Position numbers and translations under genes: made by a program. Positions 38,000-47,529 of a stretch of 64,000 bases of DNA are shown piece by piece. The notes under the pieces are model-generated. The model did not search any database. It was not told the origin of the DNA and worked only from the letters and a program-made list of their open reading frames with translations. The stretch comes from Myxococcota bacterium (lineage in GTDB: Bacteria; Myxococcota_A; UBA9160; UBA6930). The stretch spans positions 3,648,001-3,712,000 of the forward strand of contig OZ245015.1 of assembly GCA_965223705.1 (NCBI GenBank), given 5' to 3'. The first letter of the stretch is position 1, and the number at the start of each line of letters is the position of its first letter.

Positions 38000-38170
38000 A
38001 TGGACCTGCTCCGCATTCTCTTGTCGATTCTACTGCCGCCTGTTGGCGTGTTCCTTCAGGTCGGGCTGACGGGCCACTTCTGGCTCAACGTGCTGTTGAC
38101 GCTCCTGGGTTACGTGCCAGGGATCATCCACGCAATCTGGGTCATCCTCAACCGACCCGAGGTCTCCTAG
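38000..38170 (+). CDS. YqaE/Pmp3-family protein, paralog (not in ORF track)
   Basis: AAGGAG + ATG; MDLLRILLSILLPPVGVFLQVGLTGHFWLNVLLTLLGYVPGIIHAIWVIL. Confidence 0.92.
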   Translation: MDLLRILLSILLPPVGVFLQVGLTGHFWLNVLLTLLGYVPGIIHAIWVILNRPEVS

Positions 38171-38210
38171 CACCAGTTGCGACACTCGCGTGGCCCGACC
38201 CGCTGACGTG

Positions 38211-38948
38211 TCAACCGTCGGTGAGCGTCAGCAATACGTCCGCGTACCAGGCACAATTCAATCCGAGCGGCTCATCGAGTTCCGCATCCCGGATACCGAG
38301 GTCGATGCGAGCGGAATGTATCCCCAGCAGCACCCAAGGAAGAGATCCTCGACCGGCTCCGGAATGCATCACCACGGGCGCTCCGCTGATACCGCGATGG
38401 GTACGTCCGTCCGTGAGAAAGTATCCGTTGCCTTGGAATCGCAGCCCGAACGAGGACGCGACAATCGCGTGTCGCGCGACGGGCATCTGGTGAAGGGTAT
38501 CGCGAAAGCCGAGGGGAAAACCAACGACCAGTAACGACGCGCCGACTTCGACCCGCCCAAGGTCAGCCAAGAGGTGTTCGGGCGTGAACATGTCGTAGAC
38601 CAGCGGGTCTGGAAGCGCACCGCGATCAATTTCCAGAGCTGCGACGTCGATCATGCCGGAGGAGTCTTCGGTTTGGCGCCATAGGCTCGTGCCATCTCGA
38701 TACAGAGGAATCGAGAAGCTCTTCGTTTCAACGACGTTCTCGGGATTGTTGTGGAGATCGATCCGTACGGCGTCGGGGCGGTGATTGCTCGCCTCGTCAA
38801 TCAGGACATGGCGGCTGGTCACCAAGAACAATCGCTCGTCGCGCTTGAAGAAGAACCCCGTTCCATTCGTAAGCGTCGTGTCACCCAGAAAGGTGTCGAT
38901 ACGTACGATCGCGAGTAAAAGAGATTCGACGATTTGGGGTGCGTTCAT
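38211..38948 (-). CDS. Trypsin-like serine protease
   Basis: GTGFF, VTSRHV, DVAAL, VGFP and GISGAPV motifs. Confidence 0.87.
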   Translation of the reverse strand: MNAPQIVESLLLAIVRIDTFLGDTTLTNGTGFFFKRDERLFLVTSRHVLIDEASNHRPDAVRIDLHNNPENVVETKSFSIPLYRDGTSLWRQTEDSSGMIDVAALEIDRGALPDPLVYDMFTPEHLLADLGRVEVGASLLVVGFPLGFRDTLHQMPVARHAIVASSFGLRFQGNGYFLTDGRTHRGISGAPVVMHSGAGRGSLPWVLLGIHSARIDLGIRDAELDEPLGLNCAWYADVLLTLTDG

Positions 38949-39219
38949 GCGATGCCCCTAGCGCAATTCTCATGCCGATCAGGAATTCGCATGGTGGGCT
39001 TTCACACGACTTAGCATCAGGGCCTTCCCCGTGACTCCATTTGGGTGTGGGGTCCCGGCGACCGCGCGTAACGAGTCGCTTTTGAACCAACATTTTCTGC
39101 AGGAGATCATTGTCGGTGGGAGCGCCCACACTCGACACGGCTTGGCGCACGGTGGTCGAGTGGCCGAACTGTGAAACCGAGTCTCAGGTCGGTTGATAGC
39201 TATAGAGGGGCTCTGGAAT

Positions 39220-39308
39220 TTGTGAGTCCCGTGTGAGTCCCGGCTATTTTCGAGTTCGGAAAACCCAACAATTCCGGATACTTAGTGGTGGAGGCGGCGG
39301 GAATCGAA
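39220..39308 (-). repeat. att-like site: 89 bp identical to 61904-61992 (arm repeats plus tmRNA 3' fragment)
   Basis: Direct base-by-base comparison. Confidence 0.95.
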
Positions 39309-39403
39309 TCCGTCGCCTGTCTCGCCGGCGGTTGTTTCTCGCAGGCCGGAGTCAAGGCTCAGGCGCTTAGCCGGTCCGGAACACACCTGGTAAACTTTCC
39401 CAT

Positions 39404-40264
39404 GTGGACGACCCGAACGAATCGAGATCCCCCGGGGCAGTCTCGCGAGCTCTCCTGAGCGCTGGGGCGCGCGTACTCCGCCCGCTTGTTCACCTGCTCA
39501 TCGCGAATCAGGTGACGTTTCCCGCGCTCGCCAAGATGTTGAAGGGTCTCTACGTGGAAGTCGCCCGAGAGGACTTTCGCCTCGACGACCGACCGATGAG
39601 TCAGAGTAGAGTTTCGATTCTTACAGGCGTACACCGCAAAGATGTCCGGAGCCTGTGGGCAGAGCCTTCTCCGTCATCCGCCGCACCTGAGAGCGTCTCG
39701 CTGGGCTCCCAAGTCGTGATCCTCTGGATGACCGATCCTCGCTTTACAACCGCCGACGGAAAACCCCGTCCGCTAGCACGATCCAAAGAGTCGACAGACG
39801 CGCCCGGCTTCGACGATCTCGTAACAGCCGTAACCCAAGACGTGTGGCCCCGCTCAATTCTCGACGAGTGGCTTCGCCTTGGCGTCGCAGAGATTGATGC
39901 GGATGGGAACGTTGTCTTGGCCCGCGACGCATACGTACCCGAGCGCGGCTTTGACGAGAAGGTGTTTTTTCTCGGGCGTAACGTTGGCGATCACTTGTCA
40001 GCTGCGTCCGCGAACGTTCTTGGACGAGCAGAGCCCTTTCTCGAGCGCGAAGTAAACTATTTGCAGCTCACTCCTACCTCTGTGCGCGAGCTTTCGTCTC
40101 TCGCACGCGAGATCGGTTCCGATGCCCTTGAGCAAATCAACAGAAAGGGACACGAGCTAAAGAAGCGCGACGCCGACGACTCATCGGCAGACCAGCGAAT
40201 CGCTTTTGGAGTTTATTTTTACTCCGAGCAAGCGCCCTCTGAAGACGACGAGGGTGAAGCGTGA
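39404..40264 (+). CDS. DUF6502-family protein, putative HTH regulator
   Basis: LRPLVHLLIANQVTF, SQSRVSILTGVHRKDV, F..LV and PRSILDEWLRLG motifs. Confidence 0.82.
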   Translation: MDDPNESRSPGAVSRALLSAGARVLRPLVHLLIANQVTFPALAKMLKGLYVEVAREDFRLDDRPMSQSRVSILTGVHRKDVRSLWAEPSPSSAAPESVSLGSQVVILWMTDPRFTTADGKPRPLARSKESTDAPGFDDLVTAVTQDVWPRSILDEWLRLGVAEIDADGNVVLARDAYVPERGFDEKVFFLGRNVGDHLSAASANVLGRAEPFLEREVNYLQLTPTSVRELSSLAREIGSDALEQINRKGHELKKRDADDSSADQRIAFGVYFYSEQAPSEDDEGEA

Positions 40265-41601
40265 CGACCCGATTGCCGAAGCCCGCGCTCTTGCTGGCCA
40301 TCGCGCTGATCGTGGTCGCAGCGCCTCAAGGAAGCCGCGCCGCGTGTCCGGACGTGCTCATTCAGGGCGATCCCGAAGGCATCGGTGGAACGGGTTACGG
40401 CGGTGACCAGGGCACCGGCGGAACGGGCTACGGAGGCGACGAAGGAATTGGTGGAACAGGACAGAGACCAGGGGATGAGGGTCCTGGGGGTACCGGCATC
40501 TTCGGAACGATCACGGGTTTTGGATCGATCTGCGTCAACGGCTTGCAGGTGGACTACGAACCTTCGACACCGGTAGCTGTCGACGGGCTTCCGGCCTCGG
40601 CCAATGCGCTCAAGGTCGGAGACACCGTGTGGGTTGAAGCGGACCGCCGTGGAAAGCAATTGCGCGCCCGAAAGATCCATGTGCAGTCTGTCCTTGTCGG
40701 TCCGGTTGATTCCACATCACCGGGCTCACGAGAGTTGCGCGTTATGGGAACCGCGGTTTCCCTGGGGCCGGGTACTGTGTTTGCAGATCGCGCGACTGGG
40801 CGATCTCTCACCCGTGCTGAAGTCTCTAACGCCACCGTAGCCGTGCGAGGACTCATGGGACCCTCCGGTGCTGTCGTCGCGAGTCGCGTCGAACGAGTTC
40901 CCTCTGAAACACCTGCTCGTGCGTTTGGCCGAATTTCGCGGCGAGGGAGTGTGAAAATCGGCGGGATCGAAGTGTCAGGGAGAGCGCCGATCCAGCCTAC
41001 AGGTGCTTTGGTCGTCGCGGAGGGGCGCTGGTCGCGAACGCAACGGCGAATTGATGTCACCGATGTTTCGGACGCTTGGTCGGGGTCGAAGAACGCGCGA
41101 GAACTGTCGCTCGAAGGCCTCGTGCTCGACAAGACAAGTGGAGCGATCGAACTCGCCTATGGAAACGTCACGGCTCAGCGCGCCGAAAGCCTTACCGGAA
41201 TTCGCGCAGGCGATCGCGTCGTCGTGCGAGCACGTCCCACAGGCCCGGGCCGCTTCGATGCACTTGAAGTTCGGCGAGTGAGGGTGAGTCCTGAGGGGAC
41301 GAGATTCCGGACAAGGGGATCTCGGGCCCGCGACGAAGAAATCGACTCGTCAGACGAACAGTCCGATGACCGATCCGGGCGCGGCCGGTCCGATCGCTCG
41401 GATCGAACGGAGCGTTCGGAGCGAGCAGATCGGGCCGAGCGATCCGAAAGGTCCGAACGCGCTGAAAGACCCGAGCGATCGGAACGGCCTGAGCGTCCAG
41501 AACGGGCAGAACGCCCTGAAAGACCGGAACGACCTGAACGGACCGAACGTCCTGAAAGACCGGAGCGTGCAGAACGACCTGAACGCGCTGGACGGGACTA
41601 G
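40261..41601 (+). CDS. Secreted DUF5666-domain protein with GIGGTG repeats and an ERP-repeat tail
   Basis: GIGGTG repeats; GTITGFGSICVNG; C-terminal (ERP/ERA/ERS)n. Confidence 0.85.
   Translation: MTTRLPKPALLLAIALIVVAAPQGSRAACPDVLIQGDPEGIGGTGYGGDQGTGGTGYGGDEGIGGTGQRPGDEGPGGTGIFGTITGFGSICVNGLQVDYEPSTPVAVDGLPASANALKVGDTVWVEADRRGKQLRARKIHVQSVLVGPVDSTSPGSRELRVMGTAVSLGPGTVFADRATGRSLTRAEVSNATVAVRGLMGPSGAVVASRVERVPSETPARAFGRISRRGSVKIGGIEVSGRAPIQPTGALVVAEGRWSRTQRRIDVTDVSDAWSGSKNARELSLEGLVLDKTSGAIELAYGNVTAQRAESLTGIRAGDRVVVRARPTGPGRFDALEVRRVRVSPEGTRFRTRGSRARDEEIDSSDEQSDDRSGRGRSDRSDRTERSERADRAERSERSERAERPERSERPERPERAERPERPERPERTERPERPERAERPERAGRD
41388..41595 (+). repeat. Tripeptide (9-nt) low-complexity coding repeat
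   Basis: SDRSDRTERSERADRAERSER...PERPERAERPER. Confidence 0.9.
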
Positions 41602-43490
41602 TTCGCCCCGAGGAGCTCCAACTCTCGCTTCGCGTCAGCTGCCCCGGGATCCAATTTGAGCGCCCGACGAAAAGCGTCTCGCGCCTCGTCGTTACGACTT
41701 TGTTGGGCGAACAACCTTCCGAGATTGAACCAGGCGTCGGTGTCCCTAGGGTCTCGATCGACGACTCGACGGTACTCGTCCTCCGCTTCAACAAGGCGGC
41801 CTTGCTGAACCAAGACACGAGCGAGGTTGAAACTCGCATGGGGATGACGGGGCGCAACGGCGAGGACCTTTCGGTAGGTCTCTTCGGCTTCAGCCCAAAG
41901 GCCGCGACGAGCCAGGACCACACCCAAGTTGTGGCGCGCAGAAACGAACTCCTCATCTTCGACTAGCACGCGCTCGTAGTACCGCATGGCGTCTTCGTCA
42001 CGTCCGCGATTCTGAGCGATGGTACCGAGGATGTAGAGACTCTCTGCATCGGTCGCATCAATTTCAAGACTACGGAGCGCCGCGCGCTCGGCCTCGTCAT
42101 CTTTTCCAGCCCAAGCCAGCACCTTCGCCAGGTTTCTCAACGATCGTCCGTGCTCGGAAAGATCGATACTCGCAATTTCTTTCTCGGCGAGCTCTAGCGC
42201 GAGTCCGCGATCCCAGTTGGTATTCGCGGATACCCACCCTTTCTGTACCAGCGTCTCTACGATCTCGGCACCGAGAATCGCGTGAGTCTCTGGGTTGGGA
42301 TGCACGTGATCGAGAAAAGATTCCTCTCCGGGAATCTGATGACGATCCCGACGAAGCAGGCGCGGGAAGTCTACCGACCAGACGCTCGGTGCTTCAGCGA
42401 ACTCCCGGACGGCTTCCACAAACTCCGAGGGAGCACGTAACGGACAAACATCTTCGTCTCGTGCACCGACAAAGGCTGCTTCGGCACTCGACTCGTCTCC
42501 CGCGCGAAGCCGTCGCTCCCCGAGTTGGTACAACCAGTCGGCCCGCCGAGGATCAATCTCGAGCGCTTTCTCTAGTTCTGAGATTGCCATCTCATCGTCC
42601 GCGTTCAGTTCCCCGGATGAGACGTTCTTCGATGCTTCTGACTTGAACGGAGAGCAGCTTCTCAAGTTCGACGCCGGAACGACGGCCAACAGCTGAGCAT
42701 CCGATCTCCGAGTTTGGTCGGCGACGCGGCTCAGGTTGAAGCGAAAGTGTTCTAGGATCGCGGCTCGCTTCGCATCGTCCCTCTTGTAGGCATCGGGCCC
42801 GATGCTCGAGTCAAGCACCGTGACAACGTCGTCCCTCAGGCCACCTGATTCGGTGAAACCGCGAAGCCTCGAAGCGGCCCGGTGGAGCAACGAATACGTC
42901 CGCGCTCCACTCAGAACTTCGTCGGCGGACCGTATCCAGCGTGGTGAGTCACGCAGTTCCCGATAAGTTCTTTCCTCTAGAAATTCGTTGTGCCCGGTAT
43001 AGAGAACGACGAGGTCGGGTTCGTAATGCGCGATCTCATCCATGAGTCTCGCGACCCTATAGCTCGCGTAGCTGATCCCCCCGGCGTTCACGACCTCGAA
43101 CTTCGCTTCGGGTTCAACCAGGGAGAGAAAGCGGCGCAGCCAACCGCAGAACGAGGTCCCATCGTCGAACGGTCGCCCATACGTTGTTGAGCCGCCTAAG
43201 CAGAAAATGCGCCGGTTCTCGGCCGGCTTCACCACCCGGAAACGCTGAACGTTGAACCACCGTCGCTTGTTTGGGGCGGTGACGAACCAATCAGCGTTTC
43301 CGGACTCGCGGACAAAGACCGGCAAGCGGCTGCCCTCGAACCCGAGGTAGGGATCCTCCTGGGCTGTTCGCACCGGCGTGCCGAGAACGTACAAGATGGC
43401 TTCTACGAGCAGATAGAAGACGCAAATCACCCCCAGAGAAAACAGCAGTTTCTTGGGAACTGAAGGACCCGTCTCCGATCCGCGCGCCAT
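41598..43490 (-). CDS. Membrane-anchored SGNH/GDSL-hydrolase-like protein with TPRs
   Basis: LGGSTTYG, VNAGG, YTGHNE and DHVHP motifs; C-terminal TPRs. Confidence 0.88.
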   Translation of the reverse strand: MARGSETGPSVPKKLLFSLGVICVFYLLVEAILYVLGTPVRTAQEDPYLGFEGSRLPVFVRESGNADWFVTAPNKRRWFNVQRFRVVKPAENRRIFCLGGSTTYGRPFDDGTSFCGWLRRFLSLVEPEAKFEVVNAGGISYASYRVARLMDEIAHYEPDLVVLYTGHNEFLEERTYRELRDSPRWIRSADEVLSGARTYSLLHRAASRLRGFTESGGLRDDVVTVLDSSIGPDAYKRDDAKRAAILEHFRFNLSRVADQTRRSDAQLLAVVPASNLRSCSPFKSEASKNVSSGELNADDEMAISELEKALEIDPRRADWLYQLGERRLRAGDESSAEAAFVGARDEDVCPLRAPSEFVEAVREFAEAPSVWSVDFPRLLRRDRHQIPGEESFLDHVHPNPETHAILGAEIVETLVQKGWVSANTNWDRGLALELAEKEIASIDLSEHGRSLRNLAKVLAWAGKDDEAERAALRSLEIDATDAESLYILGTIAQNRGRDEDAMRYYERVLVEDEEFVSARHNLGVVLARRGLWAEAEETYRKVLAVAPRHPHASFNLARVLVQQGRLVEAEDEYRRVVDRDPRDTDAWFNLGRLFAQQSRNDEARDAFRRALKLDPGAADAKRELELLGAN

Positions 43491-43493
43491 ACC

Positions 43494-44294
43494 CTAGAAG
43501 TCGATCCCGATTGACACTCCCGCTCCCCAATCAGCGGCTCCCTCCGAGAGACCCGCGACTCCATACCCACTCAGGATGTAGCGGTCCGCGAATCGCCAGG
43601 AGAAATATGGAACAAGCTCGTGAGAATCGGAGGCTCCCGAGCTCGCTGCCTCGCGGTAGTCGTACACGAGACCAACTTGGGTGCGGCGCGCTAGGCGATA
43701 ACCGGCGCCAACCGACGCGAAGAACACGTCGTCGAGGTCAAAATCGGACGGATCCCCCAAGAAGCGGTAGCCCACCGTCGTGAAGGCGAGCACTTTGTCG
43801 AAATTCTTGGAGACGTCGACCTGTGCGGTGTAGTCGACCTCGCCTGTCCCGAGATCTCGATCTTCATCGGCCGTCGGGACCTTGACCTTGCCTGTCAGCT
43901 CGAGAATCGGCCAAGCGGAATCGGTTTCCGGATAGTGGATGTAGCTGCCCGAAAGCACGACATCGCCAAGACCTGAGTTGGTTTCTGTTCCGACCGCATC
44001 TTCATCAACGATGATATTTCCATCGGTCCCCGCTACGACGCCGCCCGGCCCGTCGATTCGGATGTACGGCACGGTGGCCTTAAAGAGAAAAGGTTCGGCA
44101 TCGTATCGGATGGTCACGGGTACGTAGAGAATGTCCGTGTCATCGCTTTGCCCGTAGTCGCCGCTGGTAAAGTTGACCCCGGAGCTGATCCGCAGGCGCC
44201 GCCGGTCGTCCGCGTCGTCCGCCCAGGATGCGCCGGCTAGAGATACAGCGACCCAAGGCAGCAGCACGGCAAGCGTATGGTTTGATTTCCACAT
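43494..44294 (-). CDS. Outer-membrane beta-barrel protein (MetA-pathway/transporter-like)
   Basis: Signal peptide, SGDYG, GLGDV, KVPTAD...LGTGE.D; ends in Phe. Confidence 0.78.
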   Translation of the reverse strand: MWKSNHTLAVLLPWVAVSLAGASWADDADDRRRLRISSGVNFTSGDYGQSDDTDILYVPVTIRYDAEPFLFKATVPYIRIDGPGGVVAGTDGNIIVDEDAVGTETNSGLGDVVLSGSYIHYPETDSAWPILELTGKVKVPTADEDRDLGTGEVDYTAQVDVSKNFDKVLAFTTVGYRFLGDPSDFDLDDVFFASVGAGYRLARRTQVGLVYDYREAASSGASDSHELVPYFSWRFADRYILSGYGVAGLSEGAADWGAGVSIGIDF

Positions 44295-44322
44295 GATTGT
44301 CCCCTCTGATTTGTAGAGTCAG

Positions 44323-44979
44323 TTAGTCCCGAGAAGCGCGATCCGCTCGTTCCGCACGCTCGGGCCGATCCGCTCGTTCCGCGCGCTCGGGTCGATCCGC
44401 CCGCTCCGCGCGCTCGGGTCGATCCGCCCGCTCCGCGCGCTCGGGCCGATCCGCTCGTTCCGCGCGCTCGGGTCGATCCGCCCGCTCCGCGCGCTCGGGT
44501 CGATCCACCCGCTCCGCACGATCTGCTCGGTCCGCTCGGTCGGCCCGGTCCGCTCGGTCCGCGCGATCGGGTCTCCCGTCTCGGCGCACCCGTTCACCAA
44601 GGAAGTTCCCATCTTGATCGAAGAACTGATCGACCCGAACCCGCGATCGAGAACCATCCGGATTTCGCTCACGAACTTCGTGCCGTTCCTGTGTAATTCC
44701 CGTCACCGGGTCGGTGCCGACTTGGAAGCGCTCCCGACGCCGGCTCCCGTCCGCGCCGCGGTCGCGGTCGTCATCAATGGTCCGTAGGTCGATCTCGGGA
44801 AAATCTCTCGCGTCCGCACCGTTCGGTCGATCGCGAAGGGGCTGACTGTCATCAATGCTTCCGTCGCCGCGAAGCTTAACGCCCTCCGGAGTCAAATCGT
44901 CCCTTGGACTCTGTGCTCCCGCAGTGGCTGCGAAGAACGATGCAAAGATCACGGCGAGTAAGTAGGTTCGGTAGTTCAT
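44323..44979 (-). CDS. Secreted protein with a tandem ERAERADRP tail
   Basis: Signal peptide; 9-aa repeats. Confidence 0.78.
   Translation of the reverse strand: MNYRTYLLAVIFASFFAATAGAQSPRDDLTPEGVKLRGDGSIDDSQPLRDRPNGADARDFPEIDLRTIDDDRDRGADGSRRRERFQVGTDPVTGITQERHEVRERNPDGSRSRVRVDQFFDQDGNFLGERVRRDGRPDRADRADRADRADRADRAERVDRPERAERADRPERAERADRPERAERADRPERAERADRPERAERADRPERAERADRASRD
44336..44567 (-). repeat. 27-nt tandem coding repeat
   Basis: About 7 copies of ERAERADRP plus DRA triplets. Confidence 0.92.
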
Positions 44980-45010
44980 CAGAAAATCCTCGATGCTAGA
45001 GGTAAAGGTG

Positions 45011-45035
45011 CCGCCGGCCCTCTCGGGGCCGGCGG
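45011..45035. terminator. Intergenic hairpin
   Basis: CCGCCGGCCC-N5-GGGCCGGCGG. Confidence 0.5.
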
Positions 45036-45041
45036 TCCCGG

Positions 45042-45446
45042 CTAGTCCTCAAAAAAAGTTCCTTTGAGAGGTCCCACGACGACGTCGTCGCCTGCATTCA
45101 CCGGCGGGAAGTTCGGCGGGAAAGGCAGGTCCCCGACCTCCTCGGCGGCTCGATCGTCGAGGTCGACTTCCCCGACTCCGAAGTTGTCGACCGCGACCAA
45201 GACGCCGGTGTCCACTCCGTTGACCAAGACAGCGAAGGCCTCGCCGGGCGTGAAGCCTTCGATTTCCACGGAAAACTTCCGTCGACCTTCGCGTACCTCC
45301 CAACGCGCTTTTCCACTCACGTCGCCCGCGTCAACGGTTGCCCGCATGCGGGTCTCTAGGCGCTCCCGGTCGTCGCCTCCGGCCGCTCCCAACGGAATCG
45401 AGAGCGCGAAAAATGTTGCAACCAGCGAAGTCCACCATCTCTTCAT
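45042..45446 (-). CDS. Small secreted beta-rich protein
   Basis: GAAGGAG RBS; signal peptide MKRWWTSLVATFFALS. Confidence 0.72.
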   Translation of the reverse strand: MKRWWTSLVATFFALSIPLGAAGGDDRERLETRMRATVDAGDVSGKARWEVREGRRKFSVEIEGFTPGEAFAVLVNGVDTGVLVAVDNFGVGEVDLDDRAAEEVGDLPFPPNFPPVNAGDDVVVGPLKGTFFED

Positions 45447-45461
45447 TGACCGATCTCCTTC

Positions 45462-45497
45462 ATGGGAATCTTTCCCATTACCTGGGATTATTTCCCA
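45462..45497. promoter_or_regulatory. Tandem palindromic operators TGGGA-N5-TCCCA
   Basis: ATGGGAA-TCT-TTCCCAT and TGGGA-TTATT-TCCCA, 20 bp apart. Confidence 0.7.
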
Positions 45498-45689
45498 TGT
45501 ATCGTCGATGTCAATGGAAAAATGAGGTGAGAGAGCGCACAAAATGCCGGTTTTTTGCCGCACTGCGTGAGGAAGAGCGGTCCGCTAGCCGGAGGGAAGC
45601 GATCTAAGCCGCTGCGGGCTCAGCGGGTGGCCCCGCGGCAGTAGTATGGATGGGAGATTGACGAGGTCGGGGGCGTAACCGCTCGCGAC

Positions 45690-46154
45690 TTAGGGTTCGT
45701 TGCAGCCGAGCGCGCGCAATTGATCCCGCCAACCCGCGACGTCGAGGGGGCCAACGAGAGTTTTCCGCTCACCCCCTCGACACACGAGGTTCATGGGCAG
45801 TCCGCGACCGCCCACCTTTCGAAAGACTTCGCCTGTCGCGTCCCGGAGCATCCGAAGTTCGAGCTGCTCCCCCGCTAAAAACTCCTCGATAACGTCCGCT
45901 GCCTCGCCGACGTTGACGGTCAGGATCTGAACTGTGTTTCCACAGTTGCGGCGCGCTCGTTCCAGTGACAACAGATCCTCGCGGCACGACGGACACCAAG
46001 TCGCCCAGAAGTGCAGCAGCTCAGTGGTCTTTCCCCCGGAGGCACAGGCGACATGCGGCTCCCCGTGGAGTGTCGTCAGGGAGATGCCCCCATGCGACGC
46101 ACCGACTAACGAAGCTGCAAGGACGGCGAACGCAACACGCGGGCTAAAACGCAT
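45690..46154 (-). CDS. TlpA-family thiol-disulfide oxidoreductase
   Basis: HFWATWCPSC. Confidence 0.9.
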   Translation of the reverse strand: MRFSPRVAFAVLAASLVGASHGGISLTTLHGEPHVACASGGKTTELLHFWATWCPSCREDLLSLERARRNCGNTVQILTVNVGEAADVIEEFLAGEQLELRMLRDATGEVFRKVGGRGLPMNLVCRGGERKTLVGPLDVAGWRDQLRALGCNEP

Positions 46155-47190
46155 ACTGAAAACCTACCGACCAGATCGGATCTTCGTCCTGACGTCCGTA
46201 CAACGCGGAGTCGGTGACCGGTAGTTGAACTGCGGCACGAAGCAGCGGGCCGCGGTTCTTCTCAACCCACGGGATCCGGATCTTGATCGACGGCGTGGCG
46301 TAGAAGATCGACCCCCCACTGTCCCGATAACGGAGGCCTCGAAACTCGTCGAAATCTGCCCAGCGGTAGTTCATTTCCATTCCCAGGGTCAACCAGTCCA
46401 GCGAACGGTTGCCTAGGGCATGGCCTACGGGAAGCTCGAGTGCAAGGTTGGCCAGCACGATGTCGCCATACTCGTACTTCAGGCTTCCCTTCGTGTTCTC
46501 GCGATAGAAAATGCTCCCGTAGAGCGATACCCACTCGAGGCGATGGACCCCGCCGAGCCCGACGCCGAAGTCCCAGGACCCGGTCCCCAGTTGGAGATGC
46601 GGATCGGTCAACCCTCGCGTGCTACGGCTGCTCTTTCCCGTAGGTCCCTTCAAGAACAGCGTTCCCTCGAGCCATGTCGAGGGCAGAACGTCCCGGTTTC
46701 GCCAGAGCATATAGTTGGCGCTGACCGAGATATCTCCCAGGCCATCCAGATCAATGGTCTGGCGTTCGTCCCCTTCGAACTCGGTGATCTTGTTCATCAT
46801 GAAGGGAACGTCGAGCGTGAGTGTGAGACGATCAAAGGGTGACCAGCTTACGAAGAGGTCGAGACGCCGGCTGTCGTTCTTCTCTCGGTCATGCGTCTCT
46901 CCTTCCTCATCGCCATGCTCATCGTCGCCGTCCTCCTCGTGGCCGTGCCCGCCGGGCAGCACACCACTCTCCTTTTGCCAGCCTTTCAATTCAAGGTAGA
47001 CGGAGACGTCTCCCTCGGTGAGCGCGGTCGTTCCGTGACTCGAGAACCGGGCGTCTCCGGCTTGGCAGATCGAGCAAGCTTCGGAGCCTCGCGGTGAAAA
47101 TGAAATGATCAATACGAGTGCGGCCGCGAATAGCAGCCTACGTGTGGACATTGGTATCCCCAGCGTTGTGAGTTTTCGAAGCGAATCCAC
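46144..47190 (-). CDS. Outer-membrane transporter-like protein with N-terminal CxxC and His/acidic loop
   Basis: ACSIC; GHGHEEDGDDEHGDEEGETHD; GLGDI; QLGTGSWD; ends YAF. Confidence 0.75.
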   Translation of the reverse strand: MDSLRKLTTLGIPMSTRRLLFAAALVLIISFSPRGSEACSICQAGDARFSSHGTTALTEGDVSVYLELKGWQKESGVLPGGHGHEEDGDDEHGDEEGETHDREKNDSRRLDLFVSWSPFDRLTLTLDVPFMMNKITEFEGDERQTIDLDGLGDISVSANYMLWRNRDVLPSTWLEGTLFLKGPTGKSSRSTRGLTDPHLQLGTGSWDFGVGLGGVHRLEWVSLYGSIFYRENTKGSLKYEYGDIVLANLALELPVGHALGNRSLDWLTLGMEMNYRWADFDEFRGLRYRDSGGSIFYATPSIKIRIPWVEKNRGPLLRAAVQLPVTDSALYGRQDEDPIWSVGFQYAF

Positions 47191-47211
47191 AAGGCGGACG
47201 GGTGCGAAAGC

Positions 47212-47529
47212 TCAGGCGGCTATCGGGACGGAATCCTCAGGTTCTGGGCTCAAGGAGGTCGGGCGGATGTCTGGCGCCGGCGGTGCCAGTTCGAACAGCT
47301 TAAGGGCTGCGATTTCGAGCCCGGGTCTCAACACCGGGTCGAAACCATTCGATGCACCGCTCGCGCGGGGGAGCCTGTCGCATCCGCAGGGACAGGACAC
47401 CTTGAAGTAGGTCCCATCCGACTCACTAGAAAACGAGTAACTGCCGGATATTGCGCAGGGTACCGCCGACGCGGCGACAAAGACGATCGCAGTCAACAGA
47501 ACAGTGATGAGGCGGGCTCTCGGCACCAT
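47212..47529 (-). CDS. Small secreted Cys/Pro-rich protein
   Basis: Signal peptide, CPCGC, Pro-rich tail. Confidence 0.55.
   Translation of the reverse strand: MVPRARLITVLLTAIVFVAASAVPCAISGSYSFSSESDGTYFKVSCPCGCDRLPRASGASNGFDPVLRPGLEIAALKLFELAPPAPDIRPTSLSPEPEDSVPIAA

Noticed and set aside
39286..39312. tRNA-like TGGTGGAGGCGGCGGGAATCGAA (also at 47686)
   Set aside because: Only a T-arm and acceptor half matching the ssrA 3' end; no 5' half, so an att fragment
44336..44567. Possible CRISPR array
   Set aside because: Repeats are contiguous and in-frame coding, with no spacers or cas genes
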